A stretch of 64,000 bases of DNA from Candidatus Woesearchaeota archaeon (GTDB lineage Archaea > Nanobdellota > Nanobdellia > Pacearchaeales > GW2011-AR1), in assembly GCA_964448605.1 (NCBI GenBank), contig CAYUZV010000002.1, forward strand, positions 39,804-103,803. The letters are read 5' to 3'. Both the position numbers and the translations under genes were made by a program. How positions within the stretch are numbered: position 1 is the first letter of the stretch; each line of letters begins with the position of its first letter. This document shows, in pieces, positions 36,354-44,416 of the stretch. Under the pieces are notes generated by a model. The model was not told where the DNA came from and did no database searches. It saw nothing but the letters and a program-made list of their open reading frames with translations.

Positions 36354-37331
36354 ATGTTGATAAAAGATAATGTTTATGGTGATGAAGAAATAAATGAGGC
36401 GGTATTGATAGAGTTAATCAATTCTGAAGCATTACAAAGATTAAAGGGTGTGTCTCAACAGGGATTGCCTCAAGATTATTATCATAGAATTGTATTCTCA
36501 AGATTTGACCATTCAATAGGGGCTTTAATTTTATTAAGAAGATTGGGTGCTGATATTGAAGAGCAAATTGCAGGACTTTTGCACGATATTTCTCATACAG
36601 CTTTTTCTCATATAGTTGATTGGGTTTTAGGAGACCCCACCAAAGAGGATTACCAAGATAATAACCATATTAATATTTTTGAAAGTTCTAATATCCCAAA
36701 AATTTTAGAAAAATATGGTTTTGATTATAGAAAAATTGCAGATATAGAATCATATCTTCTTTTAGAAAAACCTGCTCCAAGTTTATGTGTAGATAGGTTT
36801 GATTACACTATTAGAGAACTTAAGGATTTAGGAGAAAATGAAATAGTGAATTTATGTGTTAATAATCTAATGAATATTGATGACCAAATGGTATTTAAAA
36901 CAAAGGAATCTGCTGAAATGTTTGCTAACGCTTATTTAAAATTACAAAAAGAACATTGGGCAGGAAATGAAGCAAGAGCAAGGTATTCTATTTTAGCAGA
37001 TGCTTTAAAGATGGCTATTGATGGAAATCTAATCACAGAAGAAGACCTAATGAAAACTGACCAATTTATTATGAATATCTTAGAAAATAGCAATCACTAT
37101 CAAATTTTAGAGAAAGTAAATATGCTAAAGAATGGATTTAAGATAGAAGAATCCGATGAAGGAATAGAATTAAAGAAGAAGTTTAGGTATATTGATCCAG
37201 AGGTTTTAGTTGGAGAAACAATATCAAATTTAACAGAGCATTCACTTGATTATAAAAATTTATTAGAAAAAGAAAAGACTAATAAAGACTCTTTTGTTAA
37301 AATTAGTATAAGTAAATTAGGCCAAAACTAG
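36354..37331 (+). CDS. HD-domain phosphohydrolase
   Basis: FSRFDHSIGALIL...AGLLHDISHTAFSH (H..HD..H pattern). Confidence 0.7.
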   Translation: MLIKDNVYGDEEINEAVLIELINSEALQRLKGVSQQGLPQDYYHRIVFSRFDHSIGALILLRRLGADIEEQIAGLLHDISHTAFSHIVDWVLGDPTKEDYQDNNHINIFESSNIPKILEKYGFDYRKIADIESYLLLEKPAPSLCVDRFDYTIRELKDLGENEIVNLCVNNLMNIDDQMVFKTKESAEMFANAYLKLQKEHWAGNEARARYSILADALKMAIDGNLITEEDLMKTDQFIMNILENSNHYQILEKVNMLKNGFKIEESDEGIELKKKFRYIDPEVLVGETISNLTEHSLDYKNLLEKEKTNKDSFVKISISKLGQN

Positions 37332-37385
37332 GTATAAACTCAATAATACATTTTGCTATCCACTTTTGGAAGTAATATGATATAT
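37332..37385 (+). repeat. S repeat copy 2
   Basis: gtataaactcaataatacattttgctatccacttttggaagtaatatgata. Confidence 0.65.
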
Positions 37386-37427
37386 TAGTTTACAAAACTA
37401 TAAAAACTTCTTTCTAATTATTATTTT

Positions 37428-37760
37428 ATGACAAAAAATTATGCTGAAGAACTAAAAGAATTAATCAATAAATATAAGGAAGAAGGTTTTGAATGGGGAA
37501 AGCCAATTGATTATCTTGAGTTTAGAAACGGGTGTTCCAAAGAAGAGATGGAAAAAGAGATTCTTGATTATTCCAATGTTGAATTTGTTGAAAAACAAAG
37601 AGAACAAGGAGAAACAAGATATAAATTATATTTTGTATATAGTTCAAAAACAGGAAGAGTTTATGTATTAAAGTTCACAGAAAAAATAAGAATAATTACA
37701 GTTTATCCGATAGGGAGACAGACCTTAAAAAATTACAAAGGAAAGTTTAAAAAATCATAA
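37428..37760 (+). CDS. hypothetical protein (possible DUF4258-like partner of the next gene)
   Basis: 110 aa. C-terminal IRIITVYP. Weak call. Confidence 0.35.
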   Translation: MTKNYAEELKELINKYKEEGFEWGKPIDYLEFRNGCSKEEMEKEILDYSNVEFVEKQREQGETRYKLYFVYSSKTGRVYVLKFTEKIRIITVYPIGRQTLKNYKGKFKKS

Positions 37761-37827
37761 ATGATTTTTAGGACTTCCTGAATTCACATTCAGAAAGTTT
37801 AAAAAAGTCTAAAAACTTATAATAATC

Positions 37828-38184
37828 ATGGCAATAAAAATACATTATAGTGAAGAAGACGATGTTTTTACTATTTACGATAATGAACATCAACCTTTAG
37901 AAACAATAGAATTTTCAGAATTTTTAAATATAGATATTGATAGAAACAAAAGAATTGTAGGATTAGAGATATTTTATGCCAGCGAGTTCTTTTCTGCATT
38001 GAATAAATTAATCACTAAGACATTATTGGAGTCTATTAATAATGTATCTATAGAATGTAATAATTATAGGAATAATTGGTTTATGGTTCTAGTCTTTAAA
38101 AATAAGGGGGATGAAATAAGGGTCCAATTACCTCCATTAAGAAAGTCAGATTATACTAGTCCACTTATCGCTAGTTGTGAATAA
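37828..38184 (+). CDS. DUF2283-like protein
   Basis: IHYSEEDDVFTIY...IDIDRNKRIVGLEIFYASEF matches the DUF2283 pattern. Confidence 0.5.
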   Translation: MAIKIHYSEEDDVFTIYDNEHQPLETIEFSEFLNIDIDRNKRIVGLEIFYASEFFSALNKLITKTLLESINNVSIECNNYRNNWFMVLVFKNKGDEIRVQLPPLRKSDYTSPLIASCE

Positions 38185-38192
38185 CAACATAT

Positions 38193-38331
38193 AGAACAAA
38201 AGTTCTATCTCAAAATGTTACTAAAAGGATAATACTGTTTACACCGAGCAAAAGCATTTTTAGTAAATATTATAAATAAGAAGATGCTTTTGGGAGCAGA
38301 GGATTCAGCAGTTCGATTCTTCGATGGCCCA
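38193..38331 (+). repeat. tRNA-Val 3'-half-like repeat R5 (left arm type B, hairpin insertion)
   Basis: agaacaaaagttctatctcaaaatgttactaaaaggataatactg + TTTACACCGAG + hairpin + ..TTCGATT-CTTCG-ATGGCCC-A. Confidence 0.7.
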
Positions 38332-38379
38332 TATTTTTGAAAAAGAAAGATTTTTAAATAACCTATTTATTGATTTAAA

Positions 38380-38667
38380 ATGGCAGAACAACAAATTTAT
38401 TCTGGAAGATTGCTTGAAAATCCTTCAGGAGTGTATACTAGGTGTGAACTTCTTGTTGGACAAGTAGAACTAACTTTAAAATTTCCAAGTGATGCTTTAA
38501 GACATCATAAACTATTACAATATGATTGTTTTAATTTTTCTGGAGATTATGATAATCAAAGTATAACTCCTGAACATATAACACCTACAGAAAGAGTTTC
38601 AGATTTATTAAAAGAAATAGAGGATTGGGACCCTAGTGAAATGGAAAGGGTAACAAAAGGATTGTAA
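38380..38667 (+). CDS. hypothetical protein
   Basis: 95-aa ORF. TATA tttttaaata upstream. Confidence 0.35.
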   Translation: MAEQQIYSGRLLENPSGVYTRCELLVGQVELTLKFPSDALRHHKLLQYDCFNFSGDYDNQSITPEHITPTERVSDLLKEIEDWDPSEMERVTKGL

Positions 38668-38720
38668 CAAAACATATATCAAAATGGCTATCAAAAAACC
38701 AATTTTTATAGTCTATTGGT

Positions 38721-39284
38721 TTATAGCTTACAGTCCTCAATAAATTTTTTGGAAATATAAAAAGTTCTTGAAGCTATTTTTTTAAGATGATGAGAAATAG
38801 ATTTTCTGTTTCCAATTGCAACATAAATGACTTTCTTACTAAAACCTATTGCAGATTTTACAGCTCCAGAAAAATCTCCATCATTAGAGATTAAATATGC
38901 TTCATCATAAATTCCTTTTTGAGCATCTAAAGCTAAATCCAATGCTAAATTAACATCACTTGCCTTTTCGATATAATAAATCTCTCCATCTTTTTTCCTT
39001 TTTTCAAGTCTTCCGAAAATGATATTAAACTTTTTTATTTTTCTTAATTTTTCAAGAAAACTCTGTTGTTCTGCATACATTTTAGGATTACTAAATTGTT
39101 CAATTGGAGCAATATAATAATTAATCCTTACTAGTTCATTATCTTCAATTAGTTTTTTACATAATTTCTCTATATCAATCTTACAATTAAAAGTCTTTTT
39201 AATAGAAAAATAAAAATTGCTTCCATCAATATAAATTGCTCTTTTGATCTTTTTAGAATTATTTTTCATGGTAAGGGATAGCAT
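38721..39284 (-). CDS. NYN/LabA-like nuclease-domain protein
   Basis: AIYIDGSNFYF and LISNDGDFSGAVK motifs. Confidence 0.6.
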   Translation of the reverse strand: MLSLTMKNNSKKIKRAIYIDGSNFYFSIKKTFNCKIDIEKLCKKLIEDNELVRINYYIAPIEQFSNPKMYAEQQSFLEKLRKIKKFNIIFGRLEKRKKDGEIYYIEKASDVNLALDLALDAQKGIYDEAYLISNDGDFSGAVKSAIGFSKKVIYVAIGNRKSISHHLKKIASRTFYISKKFIEDCKL

Positions 39285-39354
39285 AGGATCCGGTTAAAGA
39301 TCCTATGGGATTTATTAATATATTTAAGGATAAATCATTTATATAACTTTCTAT

Positions 39355-39439
39355 GGAACAAAAGTTCTATCCAAAATGTTACTAAAAGGATAATATTATT
39401 TACACCAATATGGCGAAGGTCCTATTGTGTGCAGGGTCA
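39355..39439 (+). repeat. degenerate tRNA-half-like repeat R6 (left arm type B)
   Basis: ggaacaaaagttctatccaaaatgttactaaaaggataatattatttacaccaat..gcagggtca. The T arm has decayed. Confidence 0.55.
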
Positions 39440-39490
39440 TATAAACTAAAGGATACAAATTAATATAAACACGTCCCAACAAATATTTTT

Positions 39491-39826
39491 ATGGGATTAG
39501 AATTTGACTTGTCTGAAATAACCGAAATTGAAGAAATAAGAGAATTAAAAAATGAATTGGCTCCTAGAAATCAGTGCAGAAGTTATGTTCAAAAAAAAGG
39601 TGGTAAAGCAGAACTTCTTGAAAAAGAGGAGTTTGATACTCATTATAAAGGTGGAGATTTTATGGAAGGTCCATATAGAGAAACTTTTGGTGATGGATAT
39701 GGAGAGCCCTATAATCCAAATAGACAAGCATTTGGAAAATTAAAAAAAGGAAATATTGTTTATTGTGAGTTATCTGAGGGTAACCAAGAGAAGACTAAGA
39801 TGTTATTAGAAAAAACAACTCGTTAA
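39491..39826 (+). CDS. hypothetical protein
   Basis: 111-aa ORF. Confidence 0.35.
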   Translation: MGLEFDLSEITEIEEIRELKNELAPRNQCRSYVQKKGGKAELLEKEEFDTHYKGGDFMEGPYRETFGDGYGEPYNPNRQAFGKLKKGNIVYCELSEGNQEKTKMLLEKTTR

Positions 39827-39850
39827 AAAATTAACTTTTAGGTCAATTAG

Positions 39851-39891
39851 TTTACACCGAGTAGTTCGAAGTTCGATTCTTCGAGGGTCCA
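39851..39891 (+). repeat. tRNA-Val 3'-half-like repeat R7 (no conserved left arm)
   Basis: TTTACAC-CGAGT-AGTT-CGAAG-TTCGATT-CTTCG-AGGGTCC-A. Confidence 0.7.
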
Positions 39892-39941
39892 TATAATTTA
39901 TAAATCTTAAAAATATTAATTGTTTGTAAAAAAGAGGAAAG

Positions 39942-40211
39942 ATGAAAAATCATTTTGATATAAAAAAGAGATTGATAAGCCATAAAAAGCTGGCTCAGGA
40001 AAGAACTATTTTAGCTAATGAAAGAAATACTTTAGCATATATTAGAACGGGTTTTGGAGCTCTTGTTTTAGGACTTGCTTTAATCAAATTATTTGAAGAA
40101 CATATCAAATATGTTTATGCTGGTTATGGTGTTGCTGCACTCGGAATAATTTTTATTATTTTAGGACTTGTTTATTATCCAATAAGAAAGAAAAATATTT
40201 TGAAATATTGA
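39942..40211 (+). CDS. DUF202/YidH-like small membrane protein
   Basis: ERTILANERNTLAYIRTGFG followed by two TM helices. Confidence 0.55.
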   Translation: MKNHFDIKKRLISHKKLAQERTILANERNTLAYIRTGFGALVLGLALIKLFEEHIKYVYAGYGVAALGIIFIILGLVYYPIRKKNILKY

Positions 40212-40258
40212 TTTATTCCTCATAGGATTATTTATTTAATATTCAATAAAAAGAAAAA

Positions 40259-40945
40259 ATGAAAACAAAAATCATAGCAACAATCGGACCGAAATCCATG
40301 TCCTTGCAGATTATAAAACAAATGAAATCAAACGGGTTAGACATAGCCAGGATAAACACAAAATGGGGAAACGAAAAACAATGGAATACTATGATAAAAA
40401 ATCTTCAAAAATTAAAAATAGAAATTATGATTGATATAAAAAATTTAGATGTGATTAATTGGATAAACACTAAAAAAATAGATTATCTTGCAGTTTCATA
40501 TGCTCAAAATACAAGACAAATTAAAAATATAAAAGATTTAATTAAAGATAAAAAAATCAAGACTATCTCTAAAATCGAAACTGAGAAGGGTTTGGAAAAT
40601 ATCAATGAACTAATAAAGATTAGTGATGGTATTATGATTGCAAGAGGTGATTTATCAAGAAATATCTCTTTTGAAAAGGTTCCTTATTATAAAAAATTAA
40701 TTGTTGATAAATGCAATTCAAAAAGGAAATTTGTAATTGTTGCTACAGAAATGATGCTTTCAATGGTCAAATCAAAAATTCCAACTAATGCTGAAGTGGA
40801 TGATGTTTTTAGCTCGGTTGTTGATGGGGGAAATGCTTTAATGCTTTCAGAAGAAACAGCAATTGGAAAATATCCTGTTTTATCTATTAAAACTATGAAA
40901 AAAATAATAATTTATGCTGAGAAATATTTAGAAAAGAGAATATAG
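40259..40945 (+). CDS. pyruvate-kinase barrel-domain protein (228 aa; appears to lack the B and C domains)
   Basis: TKIIATIGPKS, IARGDLS, ATEMMLSMV and PTNAEVDDVFSSVVDGGNALMLSEETAIGKYPV. Confidence 0.6.
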   Translation: MKTKIIATIGPKSMSLQIIKQMKSNGLDIARINTKWGNEKQWNTMIKNLQKLKIEIMIDIKNLDVINWINTKKIDYLAVSYAQNTRQIKNIKDLIKDKKIKTISKIETEKGLENINELIKISDGIMIARGDLSRNISFEKVPYYKKLIVDKCNSKRKFVIVATEMMLSMVKSKIPTNAEVDDVFSSVVDGGNALMLSEETAIGKYPVLSIKTMKKIIIYAEKYLEKRI

Positions 40946-41026
40946 AAAAAAGGTTCTATCTCGAAATGTTACTAAAAGGATAATAATTTTTAAACTGGGT
41001 GTCTGAAGTTCAATTCTCTCTGTTCT
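40944..41026 (+). repeat. degenerate tRNA-half-like repeat R8 (left arm type B)
   Basis: gaaaaaaggttctatctcgaaatgttactaaaaggataataatttttaaactgggtgtctgaagttcaattctctctgttcta. Confidence 0.5.
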
Positions 41027-41052
41027 ATATTAAATCAAGAGGTTAAAACTTA

Positions 41053-41105
41053 GTGTAAATTAAATAATACATTTTGTTATCTAATTTTGGAAGTAATTTG
41101 ATAAG
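41053..41105 (+). repeat. S repeat copy 3
   Basis: gtgtaaattaaataatacattttgttatctaattttggaagtaatttgataa. Confidence 0.65.
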
Positions 41106-41139
41106 ATTCTAAAACCAAAACATTTAAATAAAAGGTAAG

Positions 41140-41421
41140 ATGTATCTTACGATGGTAAATATTAATTTAACTAGAATAAGTTCAAAAGGGCAGATTGTTA
41201 TACCTATTGATATGAGAAATGATTTTAAAGAGGGTGAAGAGCTTCTAATTGTAAAAGATGAAGATAGAATCATTTTAAAAAAATCTTCAAAAATATCTGA
41301 ACAAATGAGAGAAGATTTAGAATTTGCAAAAAGAACTGATGAGGCTTTGAAAAGAATTGAATCTGGAAGCGGAACCAAGATGAATTTTGATGATTTCTTA
41401 AATGAAATGAAAAAATGGTAG
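41140..41421 (+). CDS. AbrB/SpoVT-type antitoxin
   Basis: TRISSKGQIVIPIDMRNDFKEGEELLIVKDEDRIILKK. Confidence 0.6.
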   Translation: MYLTMVNINLTRISSKGQIVIPIDMRNDFKEGEELLIVKDEDRIILKKSSKISEQMREDLEFAKRTDEALKRIESGSGTKMNFDDFLNEMKKW

Positions 41422-41500
41422 AGTTAATTTTTGAAGAAAGATTCAAAAGAATTTTTTCTAAAATTAAAGACTCGACATTAAAAGAAAAAATTATATTACA
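41415..41500 (+). pseudogene. 5' remnant of a RelE/ParE-like toxin gene cut off by repeat R9
   Basis: The ATG overlaps the antitoxin stop (atggtag). MVELIFEERFKRIFSKIKDSTLKEKII then runs straight into TACACCGAG. Confidence 0.4.
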
Positions 41501-41588
41501 CCGAGCAAAAGTATTTTCAGTTAAAGTATTAAAACAAGAAAATGCTTTTGGGAGCAGAGCATTCCGGGTTCGATTCCTTATGTGCCTA
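41495..41588 (+). repeat. tRNA-half-like repeat R9 (no left arm, hairpin insertion)
   Basis: attacaccgag + caaaagtatttt..aaaatgcttttg + ggagcagagcattccgggttcgattccttatgtgccta. Confidence 0.6.
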
Positions 41589-41834
41589 TTATCCATAAAC
41601 TTTTTCTCTTGTATCTATATCAAATACAATCCAGATATTATTTCTTAACTCTAACAAAACCCTGTATCCTCCAATTCTTAATCTAAAACAGCTTTTGTAG
41701 CCCTGTAATTTTTTTATATCAACTCTTTTTTCTTCTTGTAAATCTTTTAATTTTGAATTAATTAAATTTCTCATATTAAAAGGTAATTTAAAATATTTCT
41801 TTTTTACTTTTGAAGAGAACTCAATCTTTTTCAT
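41589..41834 (-). CDS. RelE/ParE-family toxin
   Basis: KLQGYKSCFRLRIGGYRVLLEL..NIWIVFDIDTREKVY. Confidence 0.6.
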   Translation of the reverse strand: MKKIEFSSKVKKKYFKLPFNMRNLINSKLKDLQEEKRVDIKKLQGYKSCFRLRIGGYRVLLELRNNIWIVFDIDTREKVYG

Positions 41835-41879
41835 CTGAAAACATACCTCTTATGTTGAAAATGCATAAAAATTAATTTA

Positions 41880-42113
41880 TTAATTTTTTTCATGCTCCTT
41901 TAAAATTTCTTCAAAAGAAATTGTTTCTCCTTTTTTAAACTCATCTAAAGCTTCTCTCCTTAAACTTTCACTTTCATTAGACAAAGGAAGAAAAGGTTCT
42001 ATAAAATGCCAAATAACATCATCATAAGAATCTAACAAAAGCTGTTCTTTTAGTTTTGTCATTGCAAGGTGAGTTTCATCCTTTATTCTAAGTTGCATAC
42101 TATTTGAATACAT
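41880..42113 (-). CDS. putative antitoxin of the RelE-like gene
   Basis: 77 aa, directly upstream of the toxin gene on the same strand. Confidence 0.4.
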   Translation of the reverse strand: MYSNSMQLRIKDETHLAMTKLKEQLLLDSYDDVIWHFIEPFLPLSNESESLRREALDEFKKGETISFEEILKEHEKN

Positions 42114-42140
42114 TTAGTATTTATATATCTTTCGGTTTTA

Positions 42141-42185
42141 AAGTGCTATCTCGAAATTGTTACTAAAAAGATAATAATGTTTGCA
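42141..42185 (+). repeat. left-arm-only copy R10 (type B arm, no tRNA-like part)
   Basis: aaagtgctatctcgaaattgttactaaaaagataataatgtttgc. The last copy of the array. Confidence 0.55.
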
Positions 42186-42217
42186 AAAATATAAAAACTT
42201 CTTTTTATTGTTTATTT

Positions 42218-42769
42218 ATGGAAAAAGATTATTTCATTATTGTAATCATTGCAATAGCTGGGATTTTTGTTTTGTTTTTAATTGGTGTTTTGAATTTTTA
42301 TCCAGTTGAAAGAGTTGTTCAGATTGATGCTGATAATATTAATGATGCTGTTGATTTGGCTAGACAAAGAGTTGTTAATTCACATTCTTATAATTTGTAT
42401 GAAGGTGAAAATCCTGAGTTGATTCAAAATTCTTCGAGAGATTGTGAAATGTGCTGGATTATTGTTTATCAGTACGGGGTTAATGAGGGGAAAGCTCCTT
42501 TGAATGTTGAATCTGTTGAAATGAGGTTTGATTTTGAATCTGGAAGAATAGTTAATACTACTTATTCTGAAATTTTAAGGGATTCTAAAATATATTGCAT
42601 GCCTGAACAGAGAAATGCTGATGTTTGTATAGAAATTTATGAACCTGTTTGTGGTTATTTTAGTGAAGAATCCGGATGTGAAGATTCTTCTTGTAGAAAG
42701 GAATATTCTAATTCTTGTTTTGCATGCAATGATGAAAGAGTTATTTATTATGAAAAAGGAATGTGTTAA
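42218..42769 (+). CDS. N-terminally anchored protein with C-terminal Kazal-like domain
   Basis: CIEIYEPVCGYFSE...YSNSCFACNDERVIYYEKGMC resembles the Kazal C..PVCG..Y.N.C..C pattern. Confidence 0.45.
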   Translation: MEKDYFIIVIIAIAGIFVLFLIGVLNFYPVERVVQIDADNINDAVDLARQRVVNSHSYNLYEGENPELIQNSSRDCEMCWIIVYQYGVNEGKAPLNVESVEMRFDFESGRIVNTTYSEILRDSKIYCMPEQRNADVCIEIYEPVCGYFSEESGCEDSSCRKEYSNSCFACNDERVIYYEKGMC

Positions 42770-42806
42770 TAATGTAATATATTTTTAGTTTATAAAGGGT
42801 AGTCAA

Positions 42807-43175
42807 TCAATTCTTAACAAATCCAACATTATCTCTGTTCTCAAATTCTTTATCTCCTGTAAGAAATTTTATACCTAGTTCTTTTGCCATAAAATAAGAT
42901 ATGCAATCAGTCATTGACATTCTTTTTTCTTTGTTTTCAAATCTAAATATCATTGCCTTTCTGATTGCTTCGGGACTTGTGTGAACAATGAACTTAGTAA
43001 ATCTTTCAAGATATTTTCCAGGACTTGGATAGTTATCTCTTTTTAAAACATAACAAAGTTCAGCAAAGATAAAGTTGTTTATGATTATTTTTTTGTTAAG
43101 GTAATTTTTATAATTTTCATTGCCTCTGGTTATTTCAATCAGCGTATAATTATACAGAAAGGTTTCTTCAGACAT
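42807..43175 (-). CDS. PIN-domain (VapC-like) toxin
   Basis: C-terminal KFLTGDKEF motif. Overlaps the small upstream gene by 8 nt. Confidence 0.55.
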   Translation of the reverse strand: MSEETFLYNYTLIEITRGNENYKNYLNKKIIINNFIFAELCYVLKRDNYPSPGKYLERFTKFIVHTSPEAIRKAMIFRFENKEKRMSMTDCISYFMAKELGIKFLTGDKEFENRDNVGFVKN

Positions 43176-43362
43176 TTTCTAATTCATTGTCGACTTCTTT
43201 TAATAATTTGTCTGTTGGTTTGCTGAATTCTTGAGTTCCAAAGATTTCTTCTAAAATGTTATTGTCTTGTTTTTTGAATAATAGAACTACATCTTCTCCT
43301 TCTTTTGTTTGTTCCTGTTCAATCACTTTTTGAGGTATAACTACTCTAATGAATTTCTCCAT
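43168..43362 (-). CDS. putative VapB-like antitoxin
   Basis: 64 aa, translationally coupled to the PIN gene. Confidence 0.4.
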   Translation of the reverse strand: MEKFIRVVIPQKVIEQEQTKEGEDVVLLFKKQDNNILEEIFGTQEFSKPTDKLLKEVDNELENV

Positions 43363-43586
43363 CTTCTAAGTTTTGTTTTAAGTTGTATCATGTTATAATT
43401 ATACAATATAATTATTTAATGTTGTTATGAGAAAATGTTTCTGGTGTTTTGATATCACTAAAACCTTTGGTTTTGAACCTGCACATAAATGTGCAGGTTT
43501 GCATTGGTTTTGGTGAGTCAGAAATCTTAATTTCTGAAGAGACTGACTGCACACTAAAGTGTGCAGTTTGTTTTTGCTCTGAATAA

Positions 43587-43928
43587 CTAACTCAAATTAA
43601 TCAAAGCCTCAGTTAAATCGCCATTTGCCTGTTCTAATGCTTCTTTGGCTTTTTCTTCTGAAATTCCGTTTTTTTCAATGATTGTTTGAATATCTTCATT
43701 TGTTTTGTCTTCTTCTGGTTCTTTTTCTGATTCTTCTTCTGAAATCTCTCCTGAAATTTGGAAGTTTTCCTGTCCTTGCATTTTGATTTTCACAACAGAG
43801 GGTTCTGAAATTATTATATTTTTTTCAGGTGTTTCAATAATTACTTTTTGAGCATCAATCTCTTCCTGAGCAATGCCCATCTGTTTCATCATTGCCTGCA
43901 TCTTTTTAGGATTTAGTCCACTGAACAT
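43587..43928 (-). CDS. nac: nascent polypeptide-associated complex protein (NAC + UBA)
   Basis: NPKKMQAMMKQMGI... and C-terminal EEKAKEALEQANGDLTEALINL. Confidence 0.8.
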   Translation of the reverse strand: MFSGLNPKKMQAMMKQMGIAQEEIDAQKVIIETPEKNIIISEPSVVKIKMQGQENFQISGEISEEESEKEPEEDKTNEDIQTIIEKNGISEEKAKEALEQANGDLTEALINLS

Positions 43929-43962
43929 CTTGAATATGTAAATGAGAAAGGATTTTTAAATG

Positions 43963-44373
43963 TTATTGCAATAGAGATCTTAAGTAATCTTCTCTTGATT
44001 CATCTGAAGGTCTGTCTTTAAATAATAATTCTAATAAATAATCTTCTTTTGAAGAAAATGTTTCAAAAAGATAGTCGTAGGATCTTTTTTTGATTGCTTG
44101 TGATGTTTCTTTGTTTCCAGGAACTAGTGCGAGTTTTTTTCCCTTTATCTTAAGATATTTTATTCCGAATAATTTGAGTTGAGGAATTAATCTTAAAGGA
44201 GAAATATCAGGCAATACTAAACAATAATTGCAGGGATTATCTTTCAAATAGTCATCTAATGCTTGTTTAAATGTTATTGTGTAGTTGGAGTTTGCTTGTT
44301 CTGGCTGGTTAAAGGTTATTATTCTATATTCCTTATTTTTTAGTTCTTCAACTGTTGCAAATTCTTCAAGCAT
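43963..44373 (-). CDS. hypothetical protein
   Basis: 136-aa ORF. Confidence 0.4.
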   Translation of the reverse strand: MLEEFATVEELKNKEYRIITFNQPEQANSNYTITFKQALDDYLKDNPCNYCLVLPDISPLRLIPQLKLFGIKYLKIKGKKLALVPGNKETSQAIKKRSYDYLFETFSSKEDYLLELLFKDRPSDESREDYLRSLLQ

Positions 44374-44416
44374 AGTATTTATTGAATTCAGAGTTAAAAA
44401 GTATTATTGTGTTTGA

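Larger units (their letters stand above)
20150..42185. mobile_element. accessory island (DGR, iteron array, tRNA-Val pair, RiPP clusters, repeat-bounded cassettes)
   Basis: A truncated gene sits at the left edge. Gene content changes and the repeat array ends at 42185. No integrase is visible. Confidence 0.5.

Noticed and set aside
29051-41588. The tRNA-like fragments as functional split-tRNA 3' halves (Nanoarchaeum-style trans-splicing)
   Set aside because: All copies would carry the same Val anticodon-loop remnant. I found no matching 5' halves with complementary acceptor strands in the window. Several copies have decayed T arms. This cannot be fully excluded without a whole-genome search.
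41415-41648. The 77-aa track ORF as a real gene
   Set aside because: After about 28 codons it reads through the tRNA-like repeat R9 and its hairpin. It is more likely a toxin-gene remnant fused to repeat sequence.
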